Shown: piece after piece, positions 10,621 to 20,059 of the stretch
Numbering within the stretch: position 1 is the first letter of the stretch
Layout of the letters: every line of letters starts with the position of its first letter
NCBI GenBank assembly: GCA_040902505.1
Contig: JBBDXE010000032.1
Span: 261,158-325,157 of the forward strand
Length of the DNA: 64,000 bases
From: Dehalococcoidia bacterium
Lineage (GTDB): Bacteria > Chloroflexota > Dehalococcoidia > DSTF01 > JACRBR01
Direction: 5' to 3'
Translations under genes and position numbers: made by a program
The notes under the pieces: generated by a model
The model's database searches: none
Told to the model about the DNA's origin: nothing
What the model saw: only the letters and a program-made list of their open reading frames with translations

Positions 10621-10666
10621 ATTCAGTTAGTTGACCCTTACGAAAGCGACGGCTTAAACTACCGGC

Positions 10667-10987
10667 ATGGAAGCCGCCCTCCGCGCCATCGCCGAGCCCC
10701 GCCGCCGCCAGATTCTCGCGCTGGTGCGCGACCGCGAGCTGCCCGCCGGACAGATCGCGTCCCGTTTTCGCATCACCCGCCCCGCCATCTCGCAGCACCT
10801 TCGCGTGCTGAAGGATGCCGGGCTGTTGACCGAACGCCGCGACGGCACACGACGCTACTATCGGGCGCGTCCGGAGGGGCTGGAGGAGCTACGGAAGTTT
10901 CTCGACGCCATGTGGACATCGGGCTTCGACCGGCTCAAGGCCGCGGCCGAGGACGAGGAGAGGAGCCGCCGTGGTCGCAGACACTGA
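10667..10987 (+). CDS. ArsR/SmtB family transcriptional regulator
   Basis: wHTH sequence RRRQILALV...PAGQIASRFRITRPAISQHLRVLKDAGL. Confidence 0.8.
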   Translation: MEAALRAIAEPRRRQILALVRDRELPAGQIASRFRITRPAISQHLRVLKDAGLLTERRDGTRRYYRARPEGLEELRKFLDAMWTSGFDRLKAAAEDEERSRRGRRH

Positions 10988-11423
10988 CGCCGTTGAGCTG
11001 GAGATGCGCGTCGAAGCCAGCCCCGAGACCTTGTTCGCATTCTTCGTCGAACCGGAGAAGATGGTGCGCTGGATGGGACGCGACGCAACGCTTGAGCCAC
11101 GGCCCGGCGGCCTCTTCCGCGTCGACATCAACGGGCGAAACACTGCCCTCGGCGAATACGTCGCGGTGGAGCCGCATCGACGCGTGGTGTTCACGTTCGG
11201 ATGGGACGAAGAGGGTCACCCGATCCCTGCCGGATCGTCGACCGTGGAGGTGACCCTCACTCCTGATGGCAACGGCACGATCGTGAAGCTCTCGCACCGC
11301 GGTCTGCGCGAGGAGGCCCGCCTGGACCACCGCCACGGCTGGCAGCACTACCTCGAACGGCTGGTCGTGGCTGGCGCCGGCGGCGACGCGGGTCCGGACT
11401 CCTTCGCGGAGCCCGCATCATGA
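10971..11423 (+). CDS. SRPBCC family protein (AHSA1 / activator of Hsp90 ATPase-like)
   Basis: ArsR-adjacent small SRPBCC protein with typical size and pattern. It overlaps arsR by 17 nt and the downstream gene by ATGA. Confidence 0.6.
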   Translation: MVADTDAVELEMRVEASPETLFAFFVEPEKMVRWMGRDATLEPRPGGLFRVDINGRNTALGEYVAVEPHRRVVFTFGWDEEGHPIPAGSSTVEVTLTPDGNGTIVKLSHRGLREEARLDHRHGWQHYLERLVVAGAGGDAGPDSFAEPAS

Positions 11424-11794
11424 CCGTGCGCGCGCGCCGCATCGAAACCGTCCTGCAGTGGGTGGCGGATCCGGAGGCGTCGGCACGCTGGTACGCCGAC
11501 CTGCTGGGCGTGGAGCCTACGCCCTACCAGGCCCCCTACTTCCGGTTTAGCGAGCACGCGTATCTCATCCTCGCGCAGTCCGCGCCCGGTACGGGCCGGG
11601 GCGGCACCGGCGTCTGGTTCGAGGTCGAGAACGTCGACGAGGCCCACGCCGAGCTCACCGCCCGCGGCTATGCGTTCAACGAGCCGCCCTTCGACATCCC
11701 ACCTGGACGGCTGGTGACGCTGAAGGACCCGGACGGCAACATCATCGGCCTGATCGACAATAGCAAGGGCGGGATGCCCGGCCAGACTCCGTAG
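11420..11794 (+). CDS. VOC family protein (glyoxalase-like)
   Basis: Single VOC module of 124 aa, translationally coupled to the preceding gene. Confidence 0.6.
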   Translation: MTVRARRIETVLQWVADPEASARWYADLLGVEPTPYQAPYFRFSEHAYLILAQSAPGTGRGGTGVWFEVENVDEAHAELTARGYAFNEPPFDIPPGRLVTLKDPDGNIIGLIDNSKGGMPGQTP

Positions 11795-11831
11795 CGGAGT
11801 ACGCCCCTCGACGTCGGGGCGAGCGTGCGCT

Positions 11832-12026
11832 TTACGTCACCGGCCGCTTCGCGCGGCGGCGGCGGCGGGCGGCCTTGGCCCGCGCGATGCGCCTGCGTTC
11901 GCTCTTGGGGATAAAGTGGCGCCGCTGCTTGATCTCCCGCAGGATCCCGTCGCGCTGGACCGCCTGCCGGAAGCGAGTGATCAGGTGTTCGGGGGATTCC
12001 CCGTCTCTGAGGTCTACCGCGGTCAC
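11832..12026 (-). CDS. rpsU: 30S ribosomal protein S21
   Basis: 64 aa with the S21 pattern ...ITRFRQAVQRDGILREIKQRRHFIPKSERRRIARAKAARRRRR. Confidence 0.8.
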   Translation of the reverse strand: MTAVDLRDGESPEHLITRFRQAVQRDGILREIKQRRHFIPKSERRRIARAKAARRRRRAKRPVT

Positions 12027-12066
12027 AGCGTCTCCTGACTAGATCCCGTACGAACGGCGCAGTGTA

Positions 12067-12606
12067 TCACTCGGCGGCGGCCTTCGCCTGAAGCGCCGCA
12101 ACCCGCTTGTGCCACCCTCCGTCCCCCGCCCAGAGCGCCCGGATGGCGTCCCACTTCTCCTGCTTGGCCGCTTCGAGGACCTGGAGCTGCTCACGCAGCG
12201 TCGTCTTCGAGCCGCCTCTCAGCGCGGCGATGCGCTGGCCGATCTCCGCGATCTCGGCCAGCAGGCGCTCGTGCTCCTGCGCCTTCCACTCCATGGGCGC
12301 TCTGTCGGGCTTCTCGTGCACGGCGTCGAGCGGCTCGCCGTTCGCAGCCTTGCGAAAGATGAGCTTGCGCTTGCCGGCCTCCTCCACGCAGTCGACCGTG
12401 ATCCCCCAGAGATCCCGGGAGATGGTCTCGGAGATCACGAGCACCGTGCGTTCCTCAAAGCTGAAGGTGAGATCCTGCTCGATGGGCTCGTCGAGGATGA
12501 AGCGGTAGTTTCCCTGAAAGGTGCTGAGCCGGAGACATTGCTCGACGGCCCCGCGACGGATAAGCATCTGGCTGAGCGCTTCGCACGCCACGTCCGTTAC
12601 ATGCAC
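12067..12606 (-). CDS. HesB/IscA-like domain protein with C-terminal coiled-coil (function unknown)
   Basis: The N-terminal ~95 aa follow the IscA/HesB pattern (VHVTD.A...L......LRL.....YRF.LDE..E.D..F..E..TVLVIS) but lack the C-terminal Cys. GTG 12606 is proposed as start, and the six-frame ORF extends to 12699. Confidence 0.4.
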   Translation of the reverse strand: MHVTDVACEALSQMLIRRGAVEQCLRLSTFQGNYRFILDEPIEQDLTFSFEERTVLVISETISRDLWGITVDCVEEAGKRKLIFRKAANGEPLDAVHEKPDRAPMEWKAQEHERLLAEIAEIGQRIAALRGGSKTTLREQLQVLEAAKQEKWDAIRALWAGDGGWHKRVAALQAKAAAE

Positions 12607-12812
12607 GCTCGGAGCCTTCCCGCAGCCGGCATCCCGCGCCGGATTCACGCCGCCATCGGCGTCCCACCTCGTCGGAGACAGTCCCAGGCCGCATCGCACG
12701 CGGGCCGGACGGGCAGCCGCCGTGCACGAAGACTCGGGGCCCCGAATATATCAGATACTCGCGCCGAAGGCAATCGTTATGGTACCTGCGCAGTACCGCA
12801 GAATGAGGGCAC

Positions 12813-13250
12813 CTAACGTGACGGCCGCAGCACGTTGGCGTCCGCCCACCGGGTCAGTGCCGTGCTCACGACGGTGATGACAAGCGCACCCAGGAACGCC
12901 GCGATGAACCCGTCGACCTTGAACGCAAGGTCGAACAGGCCGGCGATCCACGCCGTCAGCCCGAGCATCGCCGCGTTGATGATGAGCGTAAAGAGCCCCA
13001 GCGTGAGCACAGTCAAGAGGCAGGAGAACATGGCGACAACGGGGCGAATCGAGGCATTGACGACGCCGAAGATGAGTGCCCCGACAACCAGCGCCGGCGC
13101 GCCTTCGATGGCGAAACCGCGCACGAGCCACTGCGCCACCCAGAGTGCGGCGATGTTGACGACGAAACGGACAGCAAGGCCGAGCGGCCCGAAGTCTTCG
13201 CGTTGGGGCCCGCGCCACTCCCAGTAGAAGAAGCCGTCGCGGCGGCGCAA
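12813..13250 (-). CDS. phage holin family 4 (YvlD-like, Phage_holin_4_2) membrane protein
   Basis: 145 aa with four predicted TM segments and a YvlD-like N-terminus LAVRFVVNIAALWVAQWL. Confidence 0.5.
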   Translation of the reverse strand: MRRRDGFFYWEWRGPQREDFGPLGLAVRFVVNIAALWVAQWLVRGFAIEGAPALVVGALIFGVVNASIRPVVAMFSCLLTVLTLGLFTLIINAAMLGLTAWIAGLFDLAFKVDGFIAAFLGALVITVVSTALTRWADANVLRPSR

Positions 13251-13254
13251 GAGC

Positions 13255-13647
13255 CTAGTCGGAGTCTACGGATGCGAGGCGGCGGGGGCGCAGGCGGATC
13301 TTGCGGAGGAGGCGCTTGTAGCGCTGCTCCCGCCCGGCCACGCGCGTCGCGTTCTCGATGTCGGCGACAGTCAGCGCCTCCAGCACGCGCTCGGGGCTTA
13401 CGCCGCTTCGCATCTTGCGGCTGATAGCAACGGCCGCCATCAGGGTCAGAGCACTCGAGACAACAGCGGCAGCACCGGCGTACGCCTTGTACTTCCCCTT
13501 CAACTCCGGAAACTTCGCGATGGCGCGGTGCGCCATGTTCAGCGTCCTGTGGGTCTCCGTGTCTGGTCGCTCACCCTCGATCGCCGACCAGTCGAAGTCG
13601 TCCTCGATCTGGTCCGGGTGCAGGACTTCGTCAGCTTTGACTGCCAC
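13255..13647 (-). CDS. hypothetical protein
   Basis: 130-aa ORF co-oriented and only 4 nt from the holin-like gene, with one hydrophobic segment. No family recognised. Confidence 0.35.
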   Translation of the reverse strand: MAVKADEVLHPDQIEDDFDWSAIEGERPDTETHRTLNMAHRAIAKFPELKGKYKAYAGAAAVVSSALTLMAAVAISRKMRSGVSPERVLEALTVADIENATRVAGREQRYKRLLRKIRLRPRRLASVDSD

Positions 13648-13689
13648 GCGTGTTGCCTCCTGTACGGCGGGGGATGAGGCCCCACTCCC

Positions 13690-14193
13690 TCACGTCTGGT
13701 CGTCCGCTCCGCGGCCCTCGCGCAGATCGCGCATCCGGTGCGCCATCTCGATCGCGGTGAGTGCCGCCTCGCGGCCCTTGTGCCCGGCGGACCCACCTGC
13801 CCGGTCGAGCGCCTGCTGCTCCGTCTCCGTCGTCAGCACCCCAAACACCACCGGTATACCCGTCGCGAGCGCCGCCTGCTGCAGCCCACTCGCCGTGGCC
13901 GACGCGACGAACTCGAAGTGCGGCGTCTCGCCCCGGATGATCGCCCCGAGACACACGACGGCGTCGAATCGGCCCGATGCCGCCAGCGTCTGCGCGGTGA
14001 CCGCCAACTCGAAGCAGCCGGGAACTTCTACCGAACGCAGACGATCCGGCCGGAGTCCGCGACCCTCGAGTTCGTCTCGGCAACCATCGTACAGGAGCGA
14101 TGTGACGTGCGGGTTGAATCGCGCTGTTACGATGGCGATCTGCAGGCCGCTTGCGTCGAGGCCGCCCTCGAAGCTGATGCCGCCTTTCGTCAC
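13690..14193 (-). CDS. ribH: 6,7-dimethyl-8-ribityllumazine synthase
   Basis: LQIAIVTARFN...FDAVVCLGAIIRGETPHFEFV is canonical RibH. Confidence 0.9.
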   Translation of the reverse strand: MTKGGISFEGGLDASGLQIAIVTARFNPHVTSLLYDGCRDELEGRGLRPDRLRSVEVPGCFELAVTAQTLAASGRFDAVVCLGAIIRGETPHFEFVASATASGLQQAALATGIPVVFGVLTTETEQQALDRAGGSAGHKGREAALTAIEMAHRMRDLREGRGADDQT

Positions 14194-14311
14194 GTGCCCT
14201 CCGGGCGATCACAGCTTAGCGGATGCGTCCGCGGCGCGAGGGGTACGAATGTACCATCTCCCACACAGACAGAATCCACAACTGCTTCTGCGTTATGTCC
14301 GATCGGGACCG

Positions 14312-15616
14312 TTATGACGACCCGTCCTGAGCGTCGAGCAGATGACCCATCTTCGTCCGCTTGGTCTCGAGATACCGCAGATTGTGCTGGTTGGCCGGCG
14401 CGATGAGCGGAACGCGCTCGACAAGCTCCAGGCCGTAGCCGAGAAGCCCGGCCCGCTTCGCGGGGTTGTTCGTGAGCAGCCGAAGGTTCTTCAGCCCTAG
14501 GTCGACGAGGATTTGCATGCCGATGCCGTAGTCGCGCCGGTCGGCGGGGAAGCCCAACGCTTCGTTCGCTTCGACGGTGTCCATTCCCCCGTCCTGCAGG
14601 TTGTAGGCGCGGATCTTGTTGTGCAGGCCGATACCCCGGCCCTCCTGCCGCATGTAGATCACAACGCCCCGTCCCACGCCGGCGATCATCTGCATGGCCA
14701 GTCGCAGCTGGTCCCCGCAGTCACAACGCTGCGACCCGAAGACGTCGCCGGTGACGCACTGACTGTGCACGCGCACCAGCACGGGCTCCTTGCCGCTCAC
14801 GTCGCCCATCACCAGCGCCACGTGCTCGTCGGGGTCGGTGAGCGCCTTATAGGCCACGCATCGCCACTCGCCAAACTCCGTCGGCAGCCGCGTTTCCACG
14901 ACCCGCCGCACCAGCTTTTCTTTGTGCAGCCGGTACTGGATGAGCTGATTGACGCTGATGATCTTCAGGTTGTGCTTCCGGGCAAACCGGCGCAGCTCCG
15001 GCAGCCGCGACATGGTGCCATCGTCGTTCATGATCTCGCAGAGCACGCCCGCCGGGTACAGCCCCGCGAGCTTGCACATGTCGACGGTCGCCTCCGTCTG
15101 GCCGGCTCGAACGAGCACTCCTCCCTCGCGCGCACGCAGCGGGAAAATGTGGCCGGGCATCACCAGGTCCTCCGGACGCGCCTTCGGGTCGATGAGCACC
15201 TGCGTTGTCCGCGCTCGGTCCGCCGCGGAGATCCCCGTCGTCACCCCCGACCGCGCCTCCACGCCGACGGTGAAGGGCGTCCCGAAGTGCGAGTCGTTGT
15301 TTGTCACCATCATCGGGATGTGCAGCTGATCCAGGCGCTCCGGCGTCATCGGCACGCAGATCAGGCCGCGACCGTAGCGCGCCATGAAGTTGATCGCCTC
15401 GGGCGTGGCGAACTGGGCGGGGATCGTCAGGTCGCCTTCGTTCTCGCGGTCCTCGTCGTCGATGATGATCACGAAGCGCCCGTTCCGGAAGTCCTCGATC
15501 GCCTCTTCGATCGTCGCCAGCCCTTTCGCGCGGCGGGCTTCGTCGACGTCGCGGTCCTTGCCGGTGGCCCTCGTGCGCCTGGCGCGTGGGGTGCTCTCTG
15601 CCTTCGCGTCCGTCAT
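14312..15616 (-). CDS. ribBA: bifunctional 3,4-dihydroxy-2-butanone-4-phosphate synthase / GTP cyclohydrolase II
   Basis: DHBP synthase motifs ([23 protein letters not shown]) followed by GCHII motifs ([23 protein letters not shown]). ATGA overlap with ribE. Confidence 0.9.
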   Translation of the reverse strand: MTDAKAESTPRARRTRATGKDRDVDEARRAKGLATIEEAIEDFRNGRFVIIIDDEDRENEGDLTIPAQFATPEAINFMARYGRGLICVPMTPERLDQLHIPMMVTNNDSHFGTPFTVGVEARSGVTTGISAADRARTTQVLIDPKARPEDLVMPGHIFPLRAREGGVLVRAGQTEATVDMCKLAGLYPAGVLCEIMNDDGTMSRLPELRRFARKHNLKIISVNQLIQYRLHKEKLVRRVVETRLPTEFGEWRCVAYKALTDPDEHVALVMGDVSGKEPVLVRVHSQCVTGDVFGSQRCDCGDQLRLAMQMIAGVGRGVVIYMRQEGRGIGLHNKIRAYNLQDGGMDTVEANEALGFPADRRDYGIGMQILVDLGLKNLRLLTNNPAKRAGLLGYGLELVERVPLIAPANQHNLRYLETKRTKMGHLLDAQDGSS

Positions 15617-16212
15617 GGCGTGGCTCCGTTCTCTCGCCGCTCCGTCAGCAGCTCATCAACGTAGCGGGCGATGATATCCGTCTCGAGGTTCAGGCGGTCG
15701 CCCGGCCGGCGCGTGTGCAGGTTCGTATGCTCCTGCGTGTACTGCACGAGCGACACGCTGAAGGAGCGTTCGTCCTTCGCCGTGACGGTCAGGCTGATGC
15801 CATCGATCGCCACGGGGCCCTTCACGACCATGTGGCGCAGGATGTCGGACGGCGCGTTCACCCGCAGGATGATCGCTTCGCCCTCGGGCGTGAAAGAGTC
15901 GAGCGTACCGGTCGCTTCGACCACCCCACGCACGAGATGTCCGCTGACGCGGCCCGCGAGTTGCAGTGATCGTTCGAGGTTGACCGCGTCGCCGGCTTTG
16001 AGGTCGCCGAGGTTGCTGCGGCGGTAGGTCTCCGGCATGACATTCGCGGAGAAACCTTCTTCGTCGAAGTGCTTGGCCGTGACGTCGACGCCGTTGACGG
16101 AGATGCTGTCACCGAGGTTCGTGCCCCACAGCACCCTTTTCGCTCGGATGACGAGTTCGCCTTCGCGCGCCTCGCGGACGGTTCCGACCTCTTCGATGAT
16201 GCCGGTGAACAT
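15613..16212 (-). CDS. ribE: riboflavin synthase alpha subunit
   Basis: Starts [12 protein letters not shown], with a second lumazine-binding repeat (GISLTV). Confidence 0.9.
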   Translation of the reverse strand: MFTGIIEEVGTVREAREGELVIRAKRVLWGTNLGDSISVNGVDVTAKHFDEEGFSANVMPETYRRSNLGDLKAGDAVNLERSLQLAGRVSGHLVRGVVEATGTLDSFTPEGEAIILRVNAPSDILRHMVVKGPVAIDGISLTVTAKDERSFSVSLVQYTQEHTNLHTRRPGDRLNLETDIIARYVDELLTERRENGATP

Positions 16213-16434
16213 CAGCCCCTCCGAGTAAGTGTCACCTTAACACCAAGTCACGTTTCGGTCAACCAGATCGCTGAATTCTGCGAAAACAGCAGCCGATAGC
16301 CTCACAGAAGGCGAAACTCGCGAAGTGCGCTTCGGGATCGTCTCTTCCCGCTCCGCCCGGCGCCCATTGACGATCGTACCACTCTCGCGCGAAGCTGGCC
16401 CACGCAGCAGGCCGCCGCACGGAGGAGCGAACAC

Positions 16435-17748
16435 ATGGAATGGCGCACGAAGCACGCCGACAAGCTCCGGACGCCCGAGGATGCCGCGCGCATCGTGCAC
16501 TCCGGCGACAAGATCGGCTTCGGGATGTTCGGCAGCACGCCGGAGACCCTCGCCGGGGCTGTGCTCGGCCGCAAGGACGAGCTGCGGGACGTGACAGTCC
16601 ATCACTACGTCGCGCCGTTCGTCTGGGCGACGCCGGAGACGGCTGGTGCGTTCCGGTTGGTCACCGGCTTCACGACCCCGGCCGACCGCAAGCAGGTGCA
16701 GGCGGGCATGGCCGACTACTTGCCCGTCGGGAATTTCCGCGAGAGTTACGTGAAGGAGGCTGTCGGACAGTTCGACGTGTTCTTCGCGAAGACCTCGCCA
16801 CCCGACGAGCACGGCTACATGAGCTTCGGGAGCGCGCTCTGGCTGAACCGCACGTTTTGCGACATCGCGCGCCAGATCGTCTGCGAGGTCGACGAGCGGC
16901 TCATCCGCACCTTCGGCGAGAACTTCGTGCACATCTCGGAGGTGACAGCACTCGCGGAGCACCGCGCATCGGACGACCGCGAGCCACCGATCCCGCCGCG
17001 CACCGATGACGTGACCGCGGCGGCGGAGGTGATCTGCACGCTCGTCGCAGAGGAGCTGGTGCACGACGGCGACACGTTGCAGATCGGCATCGGTGACGTC
17101 ACGTCCGCCATGGCGCTCTATCTTGGCAACAAGCAGGACCTGGGCGTGCAGACAGAGCTCATCCCCGGCGGTGTCCTGGAGCTGATGGAACGGGGGGTAA
17201 TCACCGGCAAGCATAAACAGGTGGCGCCGGGGAAGGTCGTCGGGTCGGCGTTCGCGGCCGTCCCGCGCGAGGAGCTGGCGCTGGCGCACATGAATCCGAA
17301 GCTCGAGCTGTGGGATTTCTGCCACACGGACGACCTGCGCACGCTCGTCCGCGAGGACAACTTTGTGGCCATCAACAACGCGCTGCAGATCGACCTCACC
17401 GGTCAGATCACCGCGGAGACGCTGAACGGCCTCGTCTACAGCGGCCCCGGCGGGCAGACGGTGTTCGCCGTCGCCTCGTCGTACAGCGAGGGGGGTCGCT
17501 CGGTCATCGCCGTCCCCTCCAGCTCCACCGTCGGCGGCGAGCGGCACTCCCGCATCGTCGCCCAGCTCCCGCCGGGGACGGTGGTGACGGTGCCCCGCAC
17601 GTACGTCGACTACGTCGTGACGGAGCATGGCATCGCCACGCTGCGGGGGAAGACGTCACGTGAACGCGCGCGGGAGCTGATCGCCGTCGCCCACCCCGAC
17701 TTCCGGGGGGACCTCCAAAAGGAAGCCGCGAAGCTGCACCACGCGTGA
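16435..17748 (+). CDS. acetyl-CoA hydrolase/transferase family protein (paralog of 2749-4062)
   Basis: 437 aa aligning along its full length with the 2749-4062 protein. GGAGGAG RBS. It sits antisense between ribE and ribD. Confidence 0.75.
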   Translation: MEWRTKHADKLRTPEDAARIVHSGDKIGFGMFGSTPETLAGAVLGRKDELRDVTVHHYVAPFVWATPETAGAFRLVTGFTTPADRKQVQAGMADYLPVGNFRESYVKEAVGQFDVFFAKTSPPDEHGYMSFGSALWLNRTFCDIARQIVCEVDERLIRTFGENFVHISEVTALAEHRASDDREPPIPPRTDDVTAAAEVICTLVAEELVHDGDTLQIGIGDVTSAMALYLGNKQDLGVQTELIPGGVLELMERGVITGKHKQVAPGKVVGSAFAAVPREELALAHMNPKLELWDFCHTDDLRTLVREDNFVAINNALQIDLTGQITAETLNGLVYSGPGGQTVFAVASSYSEGGRSVIAVPSSSTVGGERHSRIVAQLPPGTVVTVPRTYVDYVVTEHGIATLRGKTSRERARELIAVAHPDFRGDLQKEAAKLHHA

Positions 17749-17757
17749 CGCCTGCCG

Positions 17758-18852
17758 TCAGCCTGTCGGGACGTAACCCAGGAAGGCCACGTCGTCGCCA
17801 AGACGCCGTACGTCGATGTCCTGGAGGGTGATGGCGTCCGCCATGCGTTCGGCGCCGGCCCCGGCCACGGCGGGATAGCGCTCCCCGCCGACGATCTTCG
17901 GCGCGATGATGGCGTGCACTTTGTCGACAAGGCGCGCCGCGAAGAAGCCCGCGTGCAACACGCCCCCGCCCTCGACCAGCAGCGAGAGCACGCCACGCTC
18001 CCCGAGCGTCCGAAGCAGTGCGCGCAGATCCACGCGCTCGGCGCCGTCTGTCGGGAGCACCAGCACCTCAGCACCCGCCGCCTCGATCGCGCGCCGCCAC
18101 GCCGCAGGCGATGCTTCCGTCGTCGCGATGATGGTCTTCCCGCCCGGTCCCAGCACCTTCGCGGCGAGCGGCGTCCGCCCTCGCGAGTCCGCGACGATTC
18201 GCAGCGGCTGCCGCTCCGCCACCACGCCGCCCGGGCGGGCGGTGAGCTGCGGATCGTCGAGCAAGACGTTGTTCACGCCGCACATGATGGCGTCGACGCG
18301 CGTCCGGAACTCGTGCGCCCACACCCGCGCCTCCTCCCCCGCCACCCAGCGTGAGTCGCCGCTCGCCGCCGCGATCTTCCCGTCGAGCGTCGCCGCGAAC
18401 TTGGCGATGACGAACGGCAGCCCGGTGCGGCGGTGCTTCAGGTAGGCCTCCATCGACCGCGCCGCCTCCGGCTCGCCATCCCCCACCGCTACCTCGATGC
18501 CGGCCGACCGCAGCGCCTCGATCCCCCGGCCGGAGACCTGGGAGTCGGGATCGACGACGGCCACATGCACCGCCGCCACGCCGGCCTCGATGAGCGCCGC
18601 GGCGCAGGGCGGCGTGCGTCCGTGATGCGCGCACGGCTCCAGCGTGACGTAGACCTCCGCCCCGCGGGCGGCCTCGCCGGCGCGTTGCAGCGCCACCACC
18701 TCGGCATGGGCCTCGCCCGGCGGCTGCGTTGCCCCCTCCCCCACGACCACGCCACCGCGGACGATCACGCAGCCGACGTTCGGATTGGGGCTGGTGCTGC
18801 CCAGCACCTGCAACCCCAGCCTGGCCGCCCGCCGCATGTGTTCGCTGATCAC
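17758..18852 (-). CDS. ribD: bifunctional diaminohydroxyphosphoribosylaminopyrimidine deaminase / 5-amino-6-(5-phosphoribosylamino)uracil reductase
   Basis: Deaminase zinc motifs HAEVVAL and PCAHHGRTPPC, plus a C-terminal reductase domain. Confidence 0.9.
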   Translation of the reverse strand: MISEHMRRAARLGLQVLGSTSPNPNVGCVIVRGGVVVGEGATQPPGEAHAEVVALQRAGEAARGAEVYVTLEPCAHHGRTPPCAAALIEAGVAAVHVAVVDPDSQVSGRGIEALRSAGIEVAVGDGEPEAARSMEAYLKHRRTGLPFVIAKFAATLDGKIAAASGDSRWVAGEEARVWAHEFRTRVDAIMCGVNNVLLDDPQLTARPGGVVAERQPLRIVADSRGRTPLAAKVLGPGGKTIIATTEASPAAWRRAIEAAGAEVLVLPTDGAERVDLRALLRTLGERGVLSLLVEGGGVLHAGFFAARLVDKVHAIIAPKIVGGERYPAVAGAGAERMADAITLQDIDVRRLGDDVAFLGYVPTG

Positions 18853-18880
18853 GGATCCAGCATAGCGTCCAGTCGCGCGC

Positions 18881-20059
18881 TCAGGCCGCCGGGCGATCGA
18901 GGAGCGATAGGAACAGCTCCTCCATACGGAGCATCTGCGTCTCGTTGAGCCCGCGCTCCTCCACGATGCGGCGATTCGCCTCCGCCGCCCGCCGCCGCAG
19001 CTCCGGATCGGCCAGCGCTCGCTCGATAGCCTCGGCGAGGCAACTGGAGCAGTGCAGGGGCACCCGGAAGCCGTTCACGCCGTCCTCGACCAGCTCCCGC
19101 TGCGTCGGCAGGTCCGAGACGATGGGGAAACACCCCACCGCCATCGCCTGCAACAGGGCAACCGATGTCCCGTCTGACGACGGCACGGAAACGAAGACCT
19201 CCGCATCGCTGAGCGCGTCGCGGAACGCCGCCTGGTCGAGGAAGCCCGCGAACCCCACGCGGCCACCGAGCGGCGCGGCGCGGCGGTGCAACTCCTCCGC
19301 CTCCGGCCCGCCGTGCGCGACGACGAGCCGCGTGTCTTCGATGTTCTCCGCCAGCGCGACGGCATCAATGATTTCGCCGACGTTGTACAACGCCTCGTGA
19401 GCGCGGGTGCTGATCACGGCCGGCGTCCGTCCCGGCTCCGGCGGACGCACGTTCACCGAACGCTCCCACGCGTCGAGGAAGAAGCGGTCGGCACCCAGCG
19501 TGACGACGTGGACTCGGTCGCGAGGCGCCCCCAGCGCCACGATCCGCTCCGCCATGTACGCGTTGTTCGACGTCAGCAAGTCAGCGCTCCGGGCCACGCG
19601 CCGTGCGATCATCCCCGACGCCAGGTCCCGCGACGGCTCGACGAGCACGTCCGAGCCCCACGCCGTCACCACGTACGGGTGGAAGCGCGCCGCCATCCCG
19701 TAGAAGCCGTGCTCGACCAGGAAGTGCGCGTGAAGCACGTCCGGCGCAATCTCCCTCACGACGCGCCGCAGCCCCGCCCTCCAGTACCGGACGGCGTGCA
19801 CGAGCCTGATTGCGCCGCGCGGCACCCGACTTGGCGCGGAGCGCCGCGCTGCCGCGCCACCGCTGCTCCGCCGTCCCGGCCGCAGCACGTGCAGCGTCAC
19901 GCCGTCGATCGGCTCGCGGGGCTCGTAGTAGCTGATGGCGTGCAACTCGTGGCCGCGGTCAATGAACCAGCGCAGCCAGGAGCGCGTGTGCACGCCGTCG
20001 AAGTCGCCGAGCACGGCGATGCGCAGCCGCCGCTCCGGCGGTACCCGCTCGACGCTCAC
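18881..20059 (-). CDS. glycosyltransferase family 4 (GT1/GT4 fold)
   Basis: 392 aa with GT-B fold features and the E-x7-E region near the C-terminus. 4-nt overlap with the upstream flippase gene. Confidence 0.7.
   Translation of the reverse strand: MSVERVPPERRLRIAVLGDFDGVHTRSWLRWFIDRGHELHAISYYEPREPIDGVTLHVLRPGRRSSGGAAARRSAPSRVPRGAIRLVHAVRYWRAGLRRVVREIAPDVLHAHFLVEHGFYGMAARFHPYVVTAWGSDVLVEPSRDLASGMIARRVARSADLLTSNNAYMAERIVALGAPRDRVHVVTLGADRFFLDAWERSVNVRPPEPGRTPAVISTRAHEALYNVGEIIDAVALAENIEDTRLVVAHGGPEAEELHRRAAPLGGRVGFAGFLDQAAFRDALSDAEVFVSVPSSDGTSVALLQAMAVGCFPIVSDLPTQRELVEDGVNGFRVPLHCSSCLAEAIERALADPELRRRAAEANRRIVEERGLNETQMLRMEELFLSLLDRPAA

Noticed and set aside
12607-12699. Longer N-terminus (MRCGLGLSPTRWDADGG...) for the HesB-like protein
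   Set aside because: The extension is low-complexity and would leave no room for a promoter. GTG 12606 at the start of the conserved HesB-like block is preferred but uncertain.
16213-16434. Possible FMN riboswitch in the ribE leader
   Set aside because: The minus-strand sequence was read against the RFN consensus. Only a weak partial resemblance (GAATTCAG...CCGAAACGTGA) was found. The conserved AGGGTGAAATTCCC and ACCGGCGGTA blocks are absent. It is left as a search suggestion, not annotated.
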